A stretch of DNA of 64,000 bases from Bacillota bacterium (GTDB lineage: Bacteria; Bacillota; Bacilli; Paenibacillales; UBA4045), in NCBI GenBank assembly GCA_023441055.1, contig JAEZQY010000067.1:150246-214245 (forward strand). The letters run 5' to 3'. Both the position numbers and the translations under genes were made by a program. Shown here in pieces: positions 16,684-27,161 of this stretch; positions within the stretch are counted from its first letter, which is position 1; the number at the start of each line of letters is the position of its first letter. The notes below the pieces were generated by a model. The model was given only the letters and a program-made list of their open reading frames with translations, did not search any database and was not told the origin of the DNA.

Positions 16684-18969
16684 TCAAGAGACAATCAGCT
16701 TGCCTCTAGCGTCTCTCGCCGCATCGATCATATTCCTAAGGGACTGCTCGGTCTCTTCCCAGCCGCGCGTCTTCAACCCGCAATCCGGATTAATCCAGAA
16801 CAAGGCCGGATCGAGCACCCGAAGCGCGCGATCGATCATCTCGGACATCTCCTGCACGGAAGGCACGCGTGGGCTGTGGATATCATACACGCCAAGCCCT
16901 ATTCCGTGATCGTACCCCTGAAGCTCGAAGCTGGAGATCAGTTCGCCGTGGCTGCGCGAAGTCTCGATCGAGATCACATCCGCATCCAGTGCCTGGATGG
17001 AATCGATCATGTCGTGGAATTCGCAATAGCACATATGAGTGTGAATTTGAGTCGTATCCTTCACACTAGCTGTCGAGATGCGGAATGACCGGACCGCCCA
17101 ATCCAGATAATGGGCATGATCGCGATGCTTCAGCGGCAATCCCTCACGGAGCGCCGGTTCGTCCACCTGAATCATGGCGATCCCCGCCTGCTCCAGATGC
17201 TCAACCTCTTCGCGCAGCGCGAGCGCGATCTGATAAGCAACCTGCTCGCGGCTGCGATCATCGCGCACGAACGACCAGTTCAGAATCGTGATCGGACCGG
17301 TCAGCATTCCCTTAACCGGATGTGATGTTAGCGATTGCGCATAGGCGGTCTCTTCGACGGTCATCGGCTCCAAGAACGCCACGTCTCCATAGATGACCGG
17401 CGGCTTGACACAGCGCGAGCCATAGGATTGTACCCAGCCGTTCTGCGTGAACAGGAAGCCCGCCAGCTTCTCACCGAAGAACTCCACCATATCCGTTCGC
17501 TCGAATTCGCCGTGTACGAGCACGTCGATTCCGATCTCCTCCTGCAGTCGCACACAAGACTCAATCTGCTCACGTACGAACGCTTCATACTGTGCATGAT
17601 CCCATTCTCCTCTGCGCCACTTCAGCCTCGCCTGGCGAACCTCAGCCGTCTGCGGGAAGCTGCCAATGGTAGTCGTCGACAGCAACGGCAGCTGGAATCG
17701 TTCACGTTGCAGCTCGAAGCGGTGCTGGAACGGGGAGGTTCGCGTGTCGCTCACAGCGTTGATTGCGGAGCCCGCATCTGTGTCATTACCGCGACTGCGC
17801 TCCGGTAGCGAACGGAACGCTGCCAATGCGCGGCGGCTCTCCTCAGCGACATCGCTATCCGGGCTGGCGAGGAGCTGGGCAAGCTGGCCCAGTTCGTCCA
17901 GCTTCTCATTCGCATAGGCGAGCGCTCCCTTTATAACCGGATTCATTGCCTGTTCGCGCTCCAATGAGACAGGAACATGCAGCAAGCTGCACGACGGCTG
18001 CAGAATCAATCGTTCGGCAGACGCTTGCTTCAGCAGCTCGCCAACCAGGGCCAGCTTCTCATCCAGATCCGAGCGCCATATATTGCGTCCATCGATCACA
18101 CCGGCGCCGAGCACCTTGTCGGCAGGCCATCCATACTGCGAGACAGCTGCGAGATTGGCGCCTTGATCATGTACGAAGTCCAGGCCGATCCCCTGCACAG
18201 GCAGCTTGGCGATACGTTCATAGCTCTCTACCGCTTCGAAGAAGGTTTGCAGCATGATCTTCAGCTTCGGGACCCGCTCGGCAATGGCTTGATAGATCGA
18301 TTCTACAATTGCTAGCTCTTCCGGAGCGACATCCGTCGCCAGCGCAGGCTCGTCAACCTGCACCCATGCCACGCCCTCTTGCTCCAGCTGACTTAGCAGC
18401 TCCACATAGGCAGGCAGGAATTGCTCAACCTTGCCGGCCAACTCTGAAGCGGCGAATCCCTTGGACAGATTCAGGAAGGTGAATAGCCCTACGATGACCG
18501 GTCTGCCCTCGATCCCCGCACGCTGCTTGGCGAACCGGTAAGCCTCCAGCGGTTTGTTGCCTGTTAAGGCATAAGGACCCTCTCCAATCTCAGGGACGAT
18601 ATAATGATAGTTCGTATTGAACCACTTGGTCATCTCGCAAGCGATCGCCTGATCATTCCCCCGAGCCATGGCAAAATAAGTCTTCAACGGCACCGTACCG
18701 CCGCCATGTTGATACCGCGCAGGGATGACGCCCAGCATAACCGCCATATCGAGCATATGGTCATAGTACGTGAAGTCGCCCACTGGAATAATATCCAGTT
18801 GCTTTGACTTCTGTACCCGCAGATGCTCCAATTGAATCCGATCCATCTCAAGCTTGAATGTCTCCTCGTCGATTCGGCCTGCCCAGAACGCCTCGAGCGT
18901 CTTCTTCCATTGCCGCTCTTCTCCAATTCTTGGATAACCTAGATTGCCTGTTCTAATTTTGTCTAGCAT
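16684..18969 (-). CDS. metE: Cobalamin-independent methionine synthase
   Basis: 761-aa two-domain MetE with the C-terminal Zn site region (HTHMCYCEF ... NPDCGLKTR). Confidence 0.97.
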   Translation of the reverse strand: MLDKIRTGNLGYPRIGEERQWKKTLEAFWAGRIDEETFKLEMDRIQLEHLRVQKSKQLDIIPVGDFTYYDHMLDMAVMLGVIPARYQHGGGTVPLKTYFAMARGNDQAIACEMTKWFNTNYHYIVPEIGEGPYALTGNKPLEAYRFAKQRAGIEGRPVIVGLFTFLNLSKGFAASELAGKVEQFLPAYVELLSQLEQEGVAWVQVDEPALATDVAPEELAIVESIYQAIAERVPKLKIMLQTFFEAVESYERIAKLPVQGIGLDFVHDQGANLAAVSQYGWPADKVLGAGVIDGRNIWRSDLDEKLALVGELLKQASAERLILQPSCSLLHVPVSLEREQAMNPVIKGALAYANEKLDELGQLAQLLASPDSDVAEESRRALAAFRSLPERSRGNDTDAGSAINAVSDTRTSPFQHRFELQRERFQLPLLSTTTIGSFPQTAEVRQARLKWRRGEWDHAQYEAFVREQIESCVRLQEEIGIDVLVHGEFERTDMVEFFGEKLAGFLFTQNGWVQSYGSRCVKPPVIYGDVAFLEPMTVEETAYAQSLTSHPVKGMLTGPITILNWSFVRDDRSREQVAYQIALALREEVEHLEQAGIAMIQVDEPALREGLPLKHRDHAHYLDWAVRSFRISTASVKDTTQIHTHMCYCEFHDMIDSIQALDADVISIETSRSHGELISSFELQGYDHGIGLGVYDIHSPRVPSVQEMSEMIDRALRVLDPALFWINPDCGLKTRGWEETEQSLRNMIDAARDARGKLIVS

Positions 18970-19024
18970 GCTCTCTCATCTCCTCATTCTCATTTATATC
19001 CTTGCTCTTCCCGCTTGGATCAGC

Positions 19025-19074
19025 AAAAAAAAAGCGCGACCTCCCCTCAAAGAATGTACAGGGAAAGACGCGCT
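19025..19074 (-). terminator. Intrinsic terminator (expression platform) between the B12 riboswitch and metE
   Basis: The minus strand AGCGCGTCTTTCCC...GGGGAGGTCGCGCT hairpin is followed by a run of nine T. Confidence 0.65.
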
Positions 19075-19144
19075 ATTCGTCATCAAGCGATGGCTAATCG
19101 TCTAACACCTCCCTATCTCCCGTAGGTACTTGCAGTGCTGTCGG

Positions 19145-19325
19145 AACAGGCAGGTCTCCTGGCTCATGGATCATCATCTCCAGCTGCCTTCCCGGGGGCA
19201 ATCGCACCCAGTGGCGTTAAGCTGAAAACTCTCCATTTTACAGTGGCGGGACCGCGACGGATTTACACCGTGCTTCCCTATTAAGCTGATCCGCAGACTT
19301 GTCCGCAGATGAGCACCTATTCCCA
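19145..19325 (-). promoter_or_regulatory. Cobalamin (B12) riboswitch upstream of metE
   Basis: The minus strand reads AATAGGTGCTC...GGGAAGCACGGTG...CGCGGTCCCGCCACTGTAA...AGCCAGGAGACCTGCC. The B12 box is at 19149-19164. Confidence 0.85.
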
Positions 19326-19562
19326 ATATTCAGTTATTGCTTGCTGCAAATCTAGTACAGCATAATCCTAACCGATGCACTCGGATTTATCAAGTCGTGA
19401 ATTGTATTGAAATGTCAGTTCTATATGGTAATATTAGTTCAATGAAATACAGGAATGGCGAAGCACGCCTCTGAGTCCGATTGCGGATTGCGGGGGCGTG
19501 TTTTATTTTGTCGGGAGGAGTGGAGGTAGGTCACGAGTTATGAAGTCGAGCATACTAAATGG

Positions 19563-19898
19563 TTGCAGGGGCATCAGTCTAAGAGGACAGGTAGGCGATT
19601 AGAGGCGCTGAAGAGAGGGCATGGTTATGGGAATCAACTATTCCTTAAGGAGATCTGGTGGAAGCTGCTGGGACACTTCGAGGGACTTCATCCTGAATAC
19701 GAGGTGCTGGATTGGAGGGGGCAGCCGTTCTATGCGGACTTCATGTGGATCGTCGGATTCATCCGAATTGTGTTCGAGATCCAGGACTTCGGGTCGCATG
19801 TGCATAACATAGATCGCGCTGGCTACAGTCGAGAATTGAATCGCGGCATGCATTATACTAAAAAATTTTATCTTATCCGCACCAAGGCACGCGCATAA
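19563..19898 (+). pseudogene. Truncated DUF559/Vsr-like endonuclease-domain remnant
   Basis: No ATG start: the frame is open upstream only back to a stop at 19527. The sequence ...HTKWLQGHQSKRTG..LHPEYEVLDW..FYADFMW resembles the N-terminal part of a family common in Paenibacillus. The C-terminal part looks replaced or truncated. Confidence 0.35.
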
Positions 19899-19994
19899 TC
19901 CGAAAAAATAGGTATAATGATTTTTACCAACAAGATGAATACTCACACTGGTATACTACCAGTATTCACACACCCGTTAGGAGTCGATCTCACC

Positions 19995-21230
19995 ATGCAT
20001 ACCAATTGGAAGAGGAACATCATTCTATTCATGTCGAGCCAGACGATCACCATGTTCGGCACGATGCTCGTACAGTACGCCATAATGTGGCATATCACGA
20101 TGACCACACAGTCTGGCTTAATGATGACAATCTCTATCTTATGCGGCTTCGTGCCAACCTTCTTCCTATCCCCTTTTGCTGGCGTGTGGGCGGATCGTTA
20201 CAATCGTAAGCTGCTGATCATCTTGTCCGACAGCTTCATCGCAATCTCGACCTTAATTCTGGCCATCCTCTTCATGCTAGGCTATAACGAGCTCTGGCTG
20301 CTGTTCGTCATCTCAGCAATACGCGCCATTGGATCGGGGATACAGACGCCAGCGATCGGTGCCATTCTTCCACAGATCGTGCCCGAGGAGCATCTGACGA
20401 AGGTGAACGGGATCAACGGCAGTATCCAGGCCTGTATTATGCTGATTTCGCCAATGGTCAGCGCCGCGCTATTGTCAGTCTCTACAATTGAAGCGATCTT
20501 CTTCATCGATGTGGTTACAGCCGCAATCGCGATCTATATCTTGCTGGTGTTGCTGCCTATCGCCGCGCATCCTAGATCGCCCGAGGGCCTCACAGCAGGT
20601 TATCTGGAAGACTTCCGCAAGGGCATCCTCTATATCCGAGAGCATCCATTCCTGAAGCGCTTCTTCGCATTCTGCGCGCTGTTCATGCTGCTGGCCGCTC
20701 CTGCAGCGTTCCTGACGCCGCTGCAGGTAACGCGCAGCTTCGGTAATGATGTGTGGCGGCTGACAGCGATTGAGATCGCCTTCTCAATCGGGATGATGCT
20801 CGGAGGAGCGCTCATCGCCTCATGGGGCGGATTCCGCAATCGGGTCCACACGATGACGCTCGGCTGCCTCTTCTTCGGTATATGCACACTCGCGCTGGGC
20901 ATCGTTCCTAGCTTCTGGATCTATCTGGGTGTCATGGGGATCACGGGGCTCTCCATGCCACTGTTCAACACACCATCGATGGTTATGCTCCAAGAGAAGG
21001 TAGAGGGGGAATACCTCGGTCGCATATTCGGCGTCTTCGGGATGATATCCAGCTCGATGATGCCGCTGGGCATGCTCCTATTCGGTCCGATAGCGGATTT
21101 CATCGAAATCGAATGGATGCTTATCGCAACCGGCACGCTCATGTTCCTCCAAGCCTTCCTCCTGATCGGCAGCAAGACGTTGGTCGATGCGGGCAGGCCG
21201 AATGTGAGCGCAGAACAGCCCCAGCCCTAA
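19995..21230 (+). CDS. MFS transporter (Mef/MFS_3-like efflux family)
   Basis: 12-TM protein with FAGVWADRYNRK between TM2 and TM3. The ATG at 19995 (MHTNWKRN) is preferred over 19917. Confidence 0.85.
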   Translation: MHTNWKRNIILFMSSQTITMFGTMLVQYAIMWHITMTTQSGLMMTISILCGFVPTFFLSPFAGVWADRYNRKLLIILSDSFIAISTLILAILFMLGYNELWLLFVISAIRAIGSGIQTPAIGAILPQIVPEEHLTKVNGINGSIQACIMLISPMVSAALLSVSTIEAIFFIDVVTAAIAIYILLVLLPIAAHPRSPEGLTAGYLEDFRKGILYIREHPFLKRFFAFCALFMLLAAPAAFLTPLQVTRSFGNDVWRLTAIEIAFSIGMMLGGALIASWGGFRNRVHTMTLGCLFFGICTLALGIVPSFWIYLGVMGITGLSMPLFNTPSMVMLQEKVEGEYLGRIFGVFGMISSSMMPLGMLLFGPIADFIEIEWMLIATGTLMFLQAFLLIGSKTLVDAGRPNVSAEQPQP

Positions 21231-21268
21231 TCAGCAGCCTAGCATTCTCTCAGACAACGTTCCGTTTA

Positions 21269-22150
21269 TTATCCGCGCTCGGCGATATAGGCTGGGCGCG
21301 GCTTCTGCCCAGAGAACGGTTCAACCAATTTATTCTCCACGCTGTTGAATACTAGGAATACATTGCTGCGCGGCTTCGGTGTAATATTGCTATTGGAGCC
21401 GTGCATGATATTGCAATCGAAGAACACGATGGAGCCCGCTCTGCCGACAGGCGTATCAATCCCGCCTTCTTCGACTAGCTTAGTGATGCTGGCAGGATCC
21501 GGAACACCATATTCCTGGCGACGCAGCGACTGCTTGAAATGGTCATCCGGTGTGCGGCCGACACATGTGACATACTGCTTATGAGAGCCGGGGACGACCA
21601 TCAGCGGACCGTTATAGTGGTAGTTATCCTCCAGGGCAATGGAGCAGCTGAGCGCGCGCATTCTCGGCATCCCATCCTCAACATGCCAGGTCTCGAAATC
21701 GGAGTGCCAATAAAATTCCTTCCCCGTAAAGCCCGGCTTGAAATTGATACGTGATTGATGGACGTACACGCTGCCGCCTAGAATATGCTCGACCGCCTGT
21801 CTTAGCTTAGGATGCTTCGACAAGTCTCCGAACACCGGACTATCCCGATGCACCGCGAATATCGAGCGCACCTCTTGACTGGATGGCTCACGAATCACTT
21901 CATCTCGCTCAGCACTCTGACTATTACGCCACAGCCGGTTCATCTCCGCGCGATACTGCGTTAATTCCTCTGCCGAGAAGAAGTCTTCAATGAATAAGTA
22001 CCCCTTCTCATCATAATCACGAATCTGCTGGTCCGTTAATCCCGATGCATTGCCCCCATCTGTATGCACAACTGGATCCTGGCGTTCCAGCCACTGCGGT
22101 TCATGATGAACCCTAGATGGATACACATCCTGAGTTGATACAGTTTTCAT
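21269..22150 (-). CDS. ectD: Ectoine hydroxylase
   Basis: Contains the EctD signature stretch FYWHSDFETWHVEDGMP and has a PhyH-type dioxygenase length. Confidence 0.9.
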   Translation of the reverse strand: MKTVSTQDVYPSRVHHEPQWLERQDPVVHTDGGNASGLTDQQIRDYDEKGYLFIEDFFSAEELTQYRAEMNRLWRNSQSAERDEVIREPSSQEVRSIFAVHRDSPVFGDLSKHPKLRQAVEHILGGSVYVHQSRINFKPGFTGKEFYWHSDFETWHVEDGMPRMRALSCSIALEDNYHYNGPLMVVPGSHKQYVTCVGRTPDDHFKQSLRRQEYGVPDPASITKLVEEGGIDTPVGRAGSIVFFDCNIMHGSNSNITPKPRSNVFLVFNSVENKLVEPFSGQKPRPAYIAERG

Positions 22151-22334
22151 ATCGTCACAACCCTTCTTTATTTTAAAAATGGCTGAGTTCTGGGTGATTG
22201 TTGCTTAGATGACCCTTTCTGAATGTCACGCTTGCAATAGCCCGCCAAAGCCATGCCTATTGTTTTCATCGGCTGTCCAAACAAGTGATCAGGCCACGCA
22301 GCCCTTAAAGAGTTGGACGAGTCGCATCGAAGCA

Positions 22335-22597
22335 ATTAGTACGGTACGACTATTCGCGCGCCACGCACCAATCCAGCTAATTTAGTTCGATAGAACCGGA
22401 CTATTCGCGCGCCGCGCACCATCCCAGCTCATTTAGTACGATAGAACCGGACTATTCGCGCGACGCGCACCATCCCAACTCATTTAGTACGGTAGAACCG
22501 GACTATTCGCGCGCCACGCACCAAGCCAGCTCATTTAGTACGGTAGAACCGGACTATTCGCGCGCCGCGCACCAATCTAACTCATTTAGTACGGTGT
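22335..22597. repeat. 51-bp tandem repeat, about 5.3 copies, filling the ectC-ectD spacer
   Basis: Unit GACTATTCGCGCGCCACGCACCAATCCAGCTAATTTAGTTCGATAGAACCG starts at 22348, 22399, 22450, 22501 and 22552. Copies are about 90% identical by eye. No ORF is listed across it in the supplied track. Confidence 0.9.
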
Positions 22598-22648
22598 GCC
22601 TAAGCAACAACTATGCTGAACTGAGCCTTCAAAATAGACACCGAACGC

Positions 22649-23032
22649 TCAATCTTTCATGATCGGATACACGCCATCTTCATCATGCACTTCGGTACCG
22701 GTTAGAGGCGGATTAAACACGCATACCATTCGCAGCTGTGTTCTTGCTCGGAGCATATGCTTCTCATGCCCATTCAAGACATATAAGGTACCGGGGCGCA
22801 GCGGATAGACCTGATCGCCTTCCGGTTCAATCTCGCCTTCTCCTTCCAGACAATAGACGGCCTCAACATGATGCTTATACCAAATCAATGTTTCCGTATT
22901 CGGTCGAATAATCGTGTCGTGCATGGAGAAGCCCGCACCATCCTTCCGCAGCAGCAGCCTGCGGCTGTTCCAATTATCCGCTTGAATATCATTCTCTGTT
23001 CCAATGATGTCTGACAATTGCCTAACGATCAT
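22649..23032 (-). CDS. ectC: L-ectoine synthase
   Basis: Cupin-fold EctC sequence ([13 protein letters not shown]...WNSRRLLL...GxxYxLxxHxxH). The ATG at 23032 is preferred. Overlaps the ectB end. Confidence 0.9.
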   Translation of the reverse strand: MIVRQLSDIIGTENDIQADNWNSRRLLLRKDGAGFSMHDTIIRPNTETLIWYKHHVEAVYCLEGEGEIEPEGDQVYPLRPGTLYVLNGHEKHMLRARTQLRMVCVFNPPLTGTEVHDEDGVYPIMKD

Positions 23033-24314
23033 GATTATCCTCCAATGCCATGCGATACGCGCGCTCCACAATCGCGAAGCCCTCGCTTAACTTCTCATCT
23101 CGAATCGTCAGCGGCGGCATCAGCTTCATCACTTCGCTCTCAGGACCTGACGTCTCCATAATGACCCCTTCTTCGAAGGCGAGTGAACAGACCTTCTCTG
23201 CAAATCCCCGCTCTTCACATGCGATTCCCTGTATAAGACCGCGACCGCGCCACTCCCCCTTCGCTTCAGGATAATCGCGCAGCAGTCCTTTCAGGAAGAG
23301 CTCAATTCGGACCGCCTTGCGGTCGATCTCTGACTCCAGCTTGTTGTCTGTCCAGTATTGCAGCGCCTCGGCAGCTGCAATGAAGCCTAGATTATTGCCC
23401 CGGAACGTGCCATTATGCTCGCCCGGCGACCATACATCCAGTTCAGGCTTAAACAGGGTCAACGCCAGCGGCAGGCCGAATCCGCCAATAGACTTGGATA
23501 AGCAGACGATATCCGGTTTAATGTCAGCGTGCTCGAAGCTGAAGAAGGGTCCCGTTCGTCCGCAGCCCATCTGGATATCATCAACGATCAGCAGTATACC
23601 GTACTGCCGACATATCGCTTCTATTCGCTTCAGCCAGTCTGCGCTGGCAGATTTCAAGCCGCCCTCACCCTGAACGGTCTCCAGAATGACTGCAGCCGGC
23701 ACATCGATACCAGATCCAGAATCCGCCAACACCCGCTCCATATAATTTGCCGAGCTCCACGCTTCGCCGAGATAGCCATCGTACGGGAGGAATACCGTGT
23801 TGGACAGGCTTATGCCAGCTCCCTGTCTCTTCATTCGATTGCCAGTCACCGCCAGGGAACCCGTCGTCATTCCGTGGAAAGCCCCGGTGAAGCAGAAGAT
23901 CGAGGTTCTGCCTGTCACCTTCCGAGCGAGCTTCAACGCGCTCTCCACTGCATTGGTCCCGGTCGGCCCTGGGAACATCATCTTGTAATCCAATCCGCGA
24001 GGCTTTAAGATAACCGACGTGAATCTCTCAAGAAATTGTTCCTTGGCGAATGTCGCCATATCCAAGCTGTGCGTTACACCATCAAGCATCAGGTAATCTA
24101 TAATCGGTTGTTTAAGCTTGGGGTTGTTATGACCATAATTTAGAGCCCCCGCTCCAGCGAAGAAATCAATATACGACTTCCCCCGTACATCCCACAGCAT
24201 CTCGTTCTTCGCTTTATCGAATACCGTAGGGAAGCTTCGACAATAGCTTCGGACATCAGATTCTAATTTCTCGAATGTCCTCAGATCAGATTTCTCAGCT
24301 ATCTCTGCCTTCAT
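23022..24314 (-). CDS. ectB: Diaminobutyrate--2-oxoglutarate transaminase
   Basis: Class III aminotransferase with [14 protein letters not shown] and CLSKSIGG (PLP Lys). Lies between ectA and ectC. Confidence 0.95.
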   Translation of the reverse strand: MKAEIAEKSDLRTFEKLESDVRSYCRSFPTVFDKAKNEMLWDVRGKSYIDFFAGAGALNYGHNNPKLKQPIIDYLMLDGVTHSLDMATFAKEQFLERFTSVILKPRGLDYKMMFPGPTGTNAVESALKLARKVTGRTSIFCFTGAFHGMTTGSLAVTGNRMKRQGAGISLSNTVFLPYDGYLGEAWSSANYMERVLADSGSGIDVPAAVILETVQGEGGLKSASADWLKRIEAICRQYGILLIVDDIQMGCGRTGPFFSFEHADIKPDIVCLSKSIGGFGLPLALTLFKPELDVWSPGEHNGTFRGNNLGFIAAAEALQYWTDNKLESEIDRKAVRIELFLKGLLRDYPEAKGEWRGRGLIQGIACEERGFAEKVCSLAFEEGVIMETSGPESEVMKLMPPLTIRDEKLSEGFAIVERAYRMALEDNHDR

Positions 24315-24332
24315 AAATACATGAACCTCCTA

Positions 24333-24878
24333 TTATTTTTTTGTAATGCCAAGCGGCCCGATTCGGAACAATCTCTCCTCCTCATGCGCATGTTGAAGAG
24401 GAAACCACCCCTGCGGATAGCCTTGATTCTCTTGCATATCCGCATGATATTGCTCAGCCAATCTAGTGAATAGGGCGCGCGATGGATGATTATTGGGACT
24501 AATGGTCACTTCGATGTACTGGATGGGATTATGGATTAATGGATCGACCAGCGCTTCGAGCATTCTGAGCCCAATTCGTTGTCCGCGAACATCTTCAGCC
24601 ACCGCGATCTGCCAGATGAATAAGGTACCAGGCTTCGACGGGTGGACAAAGGCGGAGACGAATCCCACCAGGCTGCCTTCTATCTCGGCCACCACACAAG
24701 TATCGCGGAAATAATCACACAACAATACATAGCAATAGGCAGAGTTGACATCCAGCGAGCCCGCCTGTTGGATAAGCGTCCACACCTTCGCGCCATCCTC
24801 TGGATGAGGCTTCCTGAATATAAGACATCCCTCCTTATTACGAATTCCTCCTGCGCCTGCCACACCAAAAAAAGGCAC
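24333..24878 (-). CDS. ectA: L-2,4-diaminobutyrate acetyltransferase
   Basis: GNAT fold with EctA-typical FRKPHPEDG...LDVNSAYCYVLL...LFIWQIAV...HEEERLFRIGP. GTG start at 24878; the exact start is uncertain. Confidence 0.85.
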   Translation of the reverse strand: MPFFGVAGAGGIRNKEGCLIFRKPHPEDGAKVWTLIQQAGSLDVNSAYCYVLLCDYFRDTCVVAEIEGSLVGFVSAFVHPSKPGTLFIWQIAVAEDVRGQRIGLRMLEALVDPLIHNPIQYIEVTISPNNHPSRALFTRLAEQYHADMQENQGYPQGWFPLQHAHEEERLFRIGPLGITKK

Positions 24879-25058
24879 TTCTTCATGCTACCAGACACTC
24901 CCGCCTCAGTCATTGTGTGTAATCAGCGCTTAGAAGGTCAGAGCCGGGCTCACATATGCTCAGTAGAGATGACCTGAAGATAACCCCCTTTTACTCCCCG
25001 ATCATCCCGATACAATATGGATCCAACGTTTTACTTCCGCATGAATGTATGGTATATG

Positions 25059-25103
25059 TTGGTAAATAAATAGGACTGCCACTCTTACTCATCGTAAGAA
25101 TGA
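25059..25103 (-). terminator. Hairpin downstream of htpG
   Basis: AATAGGACTG...CAGTCCTATT 10-bp arms with an inner TCTTAC/GTAAGA stem, 19 nt after the htpG stop. The trailing T-tract is only modest. Confidence 0.5.
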
Positions 25104-25121
25104 CAGTCCTATTCTCTTCAA

Positions 25122-27005
25122 TTACACCATGATCTTGCAGATACTGTTCGTGAACGAAACCGGATCCTGAACGGGCAATCCCTCGATCAACAGCGCTTGA
25201 TTATACAAGAGCTCCGTATACAGCGCGAGCTTCTCCTGATCAGTGCCTTGAGCAGCCTTCAGCGACTTGAACACATCATGCCCAACATTGATCTCCAGCA
25301 CCTTGTCCGCCTTCACGTCCTGGCTGCCAGGCATAGCCTTCAAGATCTTCTCCATCTCGATGGATAATTCACCCTCGGCTGTTAAGCAGACCGGATGGGA
25401 TCTCAGCCGCTTGGAAGCCTTGACCGCCTTGACCTTGTCGCCGAGAATGGTCTTCATCGCTTCGAATAGCTCCTTGTTCTCGCTCTCCTCAGCCTCTGAC
25501 GGCTTATCCTTCTCGTCCGCCTCGATGCCCAGATCCCCGCTGGACACGGACTTGAACTCCTTATCCTTATAACTGCGAATCATCTGCAGCGCGAATTCAT
25601 CAATATCATCCGTTAAGTAGAGAATTTCATAGCCCTTATCGAGTACGAGCTCCGACTGCGGCAGCTTCTCTAGCCGATCCACCGATTCCCCAGCCGCGTA
25701 ATAGATGTACTTCTGATCCTCAGGCATAGCCGTCACATACTCATCCAGCGTGACCTGCTTCTTCTCACGGGACGAGGTGAACAGCAAGAGATCCTGCAGC
25801 GTGTCCTTGTTCATACCGTAATCGCTGTATACGCCGAACTTCAACTGCCTGCCGAACGCTTCATAGAACTTCTCGTACTGCTCGCGCTCATCCTTCAGCA
25901 TGCTCTGAAGCTGGCTCTTAATCTTGCTATTAATGTTCTTCGCGATCAGCTTCAACTGACGATCATGCTGCAGCAATTCGCGAGAGATATTCAGCGACAG
26001 ATCCTCGGAATCGACCATCCCCTTCACGAAGCTGAAGTAGTCCGGCAAGAGGTCTGCGCACTTGTCCATAATCAGTACACCATTGGAGTATAGCTCCAAT
26101 CCCTTCTCATACTCCTTCGAATAATAATCGAACGGAGTCTTCTCGGGAATATATAGAATCGCGCGATACACGACAGCGCCATCTGCGCTAATATGCAGAT
26201 GCTTGAGCGGCTTGTCGAAGCCATACCGCTTCTCCTCATAGAAATTCACATAATCCTCATCTGTGAGCTCATTCTTATTCTTGCGCCAGATTGGGACCAT
26301 GCTATTGATAACTTGCTCCTCTTTGTATTCCTCCAGCTCGCCCTCTTCGCCGCCTTCCTTCGGACGCTGACCCTGCACATCCATCTTGATCGGGTAGCGA
26401 ATGAAGTCGGAGTACTTCTTAACAATCGCCTTCAGTCGGTATTCCTGCAGATACTCATCGTACTGCTCATCCTCGGTGTTCTCCTTAATCTTCAGGATGA
26501 TATCCGTACCAACCGTTTCCTTCTCACCGGCCGTAATCGAATAGCCATCAGCTCCGGCGGACTTCCATACATAAGCCTCGTCGCTGCCGATCGCCCGGCT
26601 AATGACGGTTACCGTATCCGCAACCATGAATGCCGAATAGAAGCCAACCCCGAATTGACCAATAATCGTATGTCCATCCTGAGCCTCATTCTCATTCTTG
26701 AATGCCAGAGAACCGCTCTTCGCGATAATGCCCAGATTGCTCTCCAGATCTTCCTTGGACATCCCGATTCCGGTATCAGAGATCGTCAGTGTGCGATTCT
26801 CTTTATCTGCGGTAATCTTAACGAAGTAATCCTCTTTATTGAACACAATTTGATCATCTGTCAGAGCCTTATAATACATCTTATCAATTGCATCGCTCGC
26901 ATTCGATATGAGCTCTCTTAGGAAGATCTCCTTCTGGGTGTAGATCGAATTGATCATCATCTCCAAGAGTCGCTTGGATTCTGCCTTGAACTGTTTCTTC
27001 GCCAT
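25122..27005 (-). CDS. htpG: Hsp90-family chaperone
   Basis: [12 protein letters not shown] and [15 protein letters not shown] motifs. The ATG at 27005 (MAKKQFKAE) is preferred over 27053. Confidence 0.95.
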   Translation of the reverse strand: MAKKQFKAESKRLLEMMINSIYTQKEIFLRELISNASDAIDKMYYKALTDDQIVFNKEDYFVKITADKENRTLTISDTGIGMSKEDLESNLGIIAKSGSLAFKNENEAQDGHTIIGQFGVGFYSAFMVADTVTVISRAIGSDEAYVWKSAGADGYSITAGEKETVGTDIILKIKENTEDEQYDEYLQEYRLKAIVKKYSDFIRYPIKMDVQGQRPKEGGEEGELEEYKEEQVINSMVPIWRKNKNELTDEDYVNFYEEKRYGFDKPLKHLHISADGAVVYRAILYIPEKTPFDYYSKEYEKGLELYSNGVLIMDKCADLLPDYFSFVKGMVDSEDLSLNISRELLQHDRQLKLIAKNINSKIKSQLQSMLKDEREQYEKFYEAFGRQLKFGVYSDYGMNKDTLQDLLLFTSSREKKQVTLDEYVTAMPEDQKYIYYAAGESVDRLEKLPQSELVLDKGYEILYLTDDIDEFALQMIRSYKDKEFKSVSSGDLGIEADEKDKPSEAEESENKELFEAMKTILGDKVKAVKASKRLRSHPVCLTAEGELSIEMEKILKAMPGSQDVKADKVLEINVGHDVFKSLKAAQGTDQEKLALYTELLYNQALLIEGLPVQDPVSFTNSICKIMV

Positions 27006-27161
27006 CTTTGAATGAAACTCCCTTCCGATATCTGATTTAGCACTCATCAGCACAGAGCGCTAATATCTCTATTAAACACAACCTATTTTTCAATGTCAAT
27101 TCCAAGCAGGAATTCATAGCGCAAGCTAGAACTTGTTCCTGACAGAGAGGCGGCAGCGATT

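Noticed and set aside
22335-22597. Possible CRISPR array (regular repeats); the same was considered for 11176-11310 and 4099-4180
   Set aside because: The units abut head-to-tail with no unique spacers. The period equals the unit length and no cas genes are nearby, so these are plain tandem repeats.
26193-26921. 242-aa plus-strand ORF
   Set aside because: It is antisense to htpG, whose Hsp90 motifs are unambiguous. The translation is leucine/isoleucine-rich nonsense.
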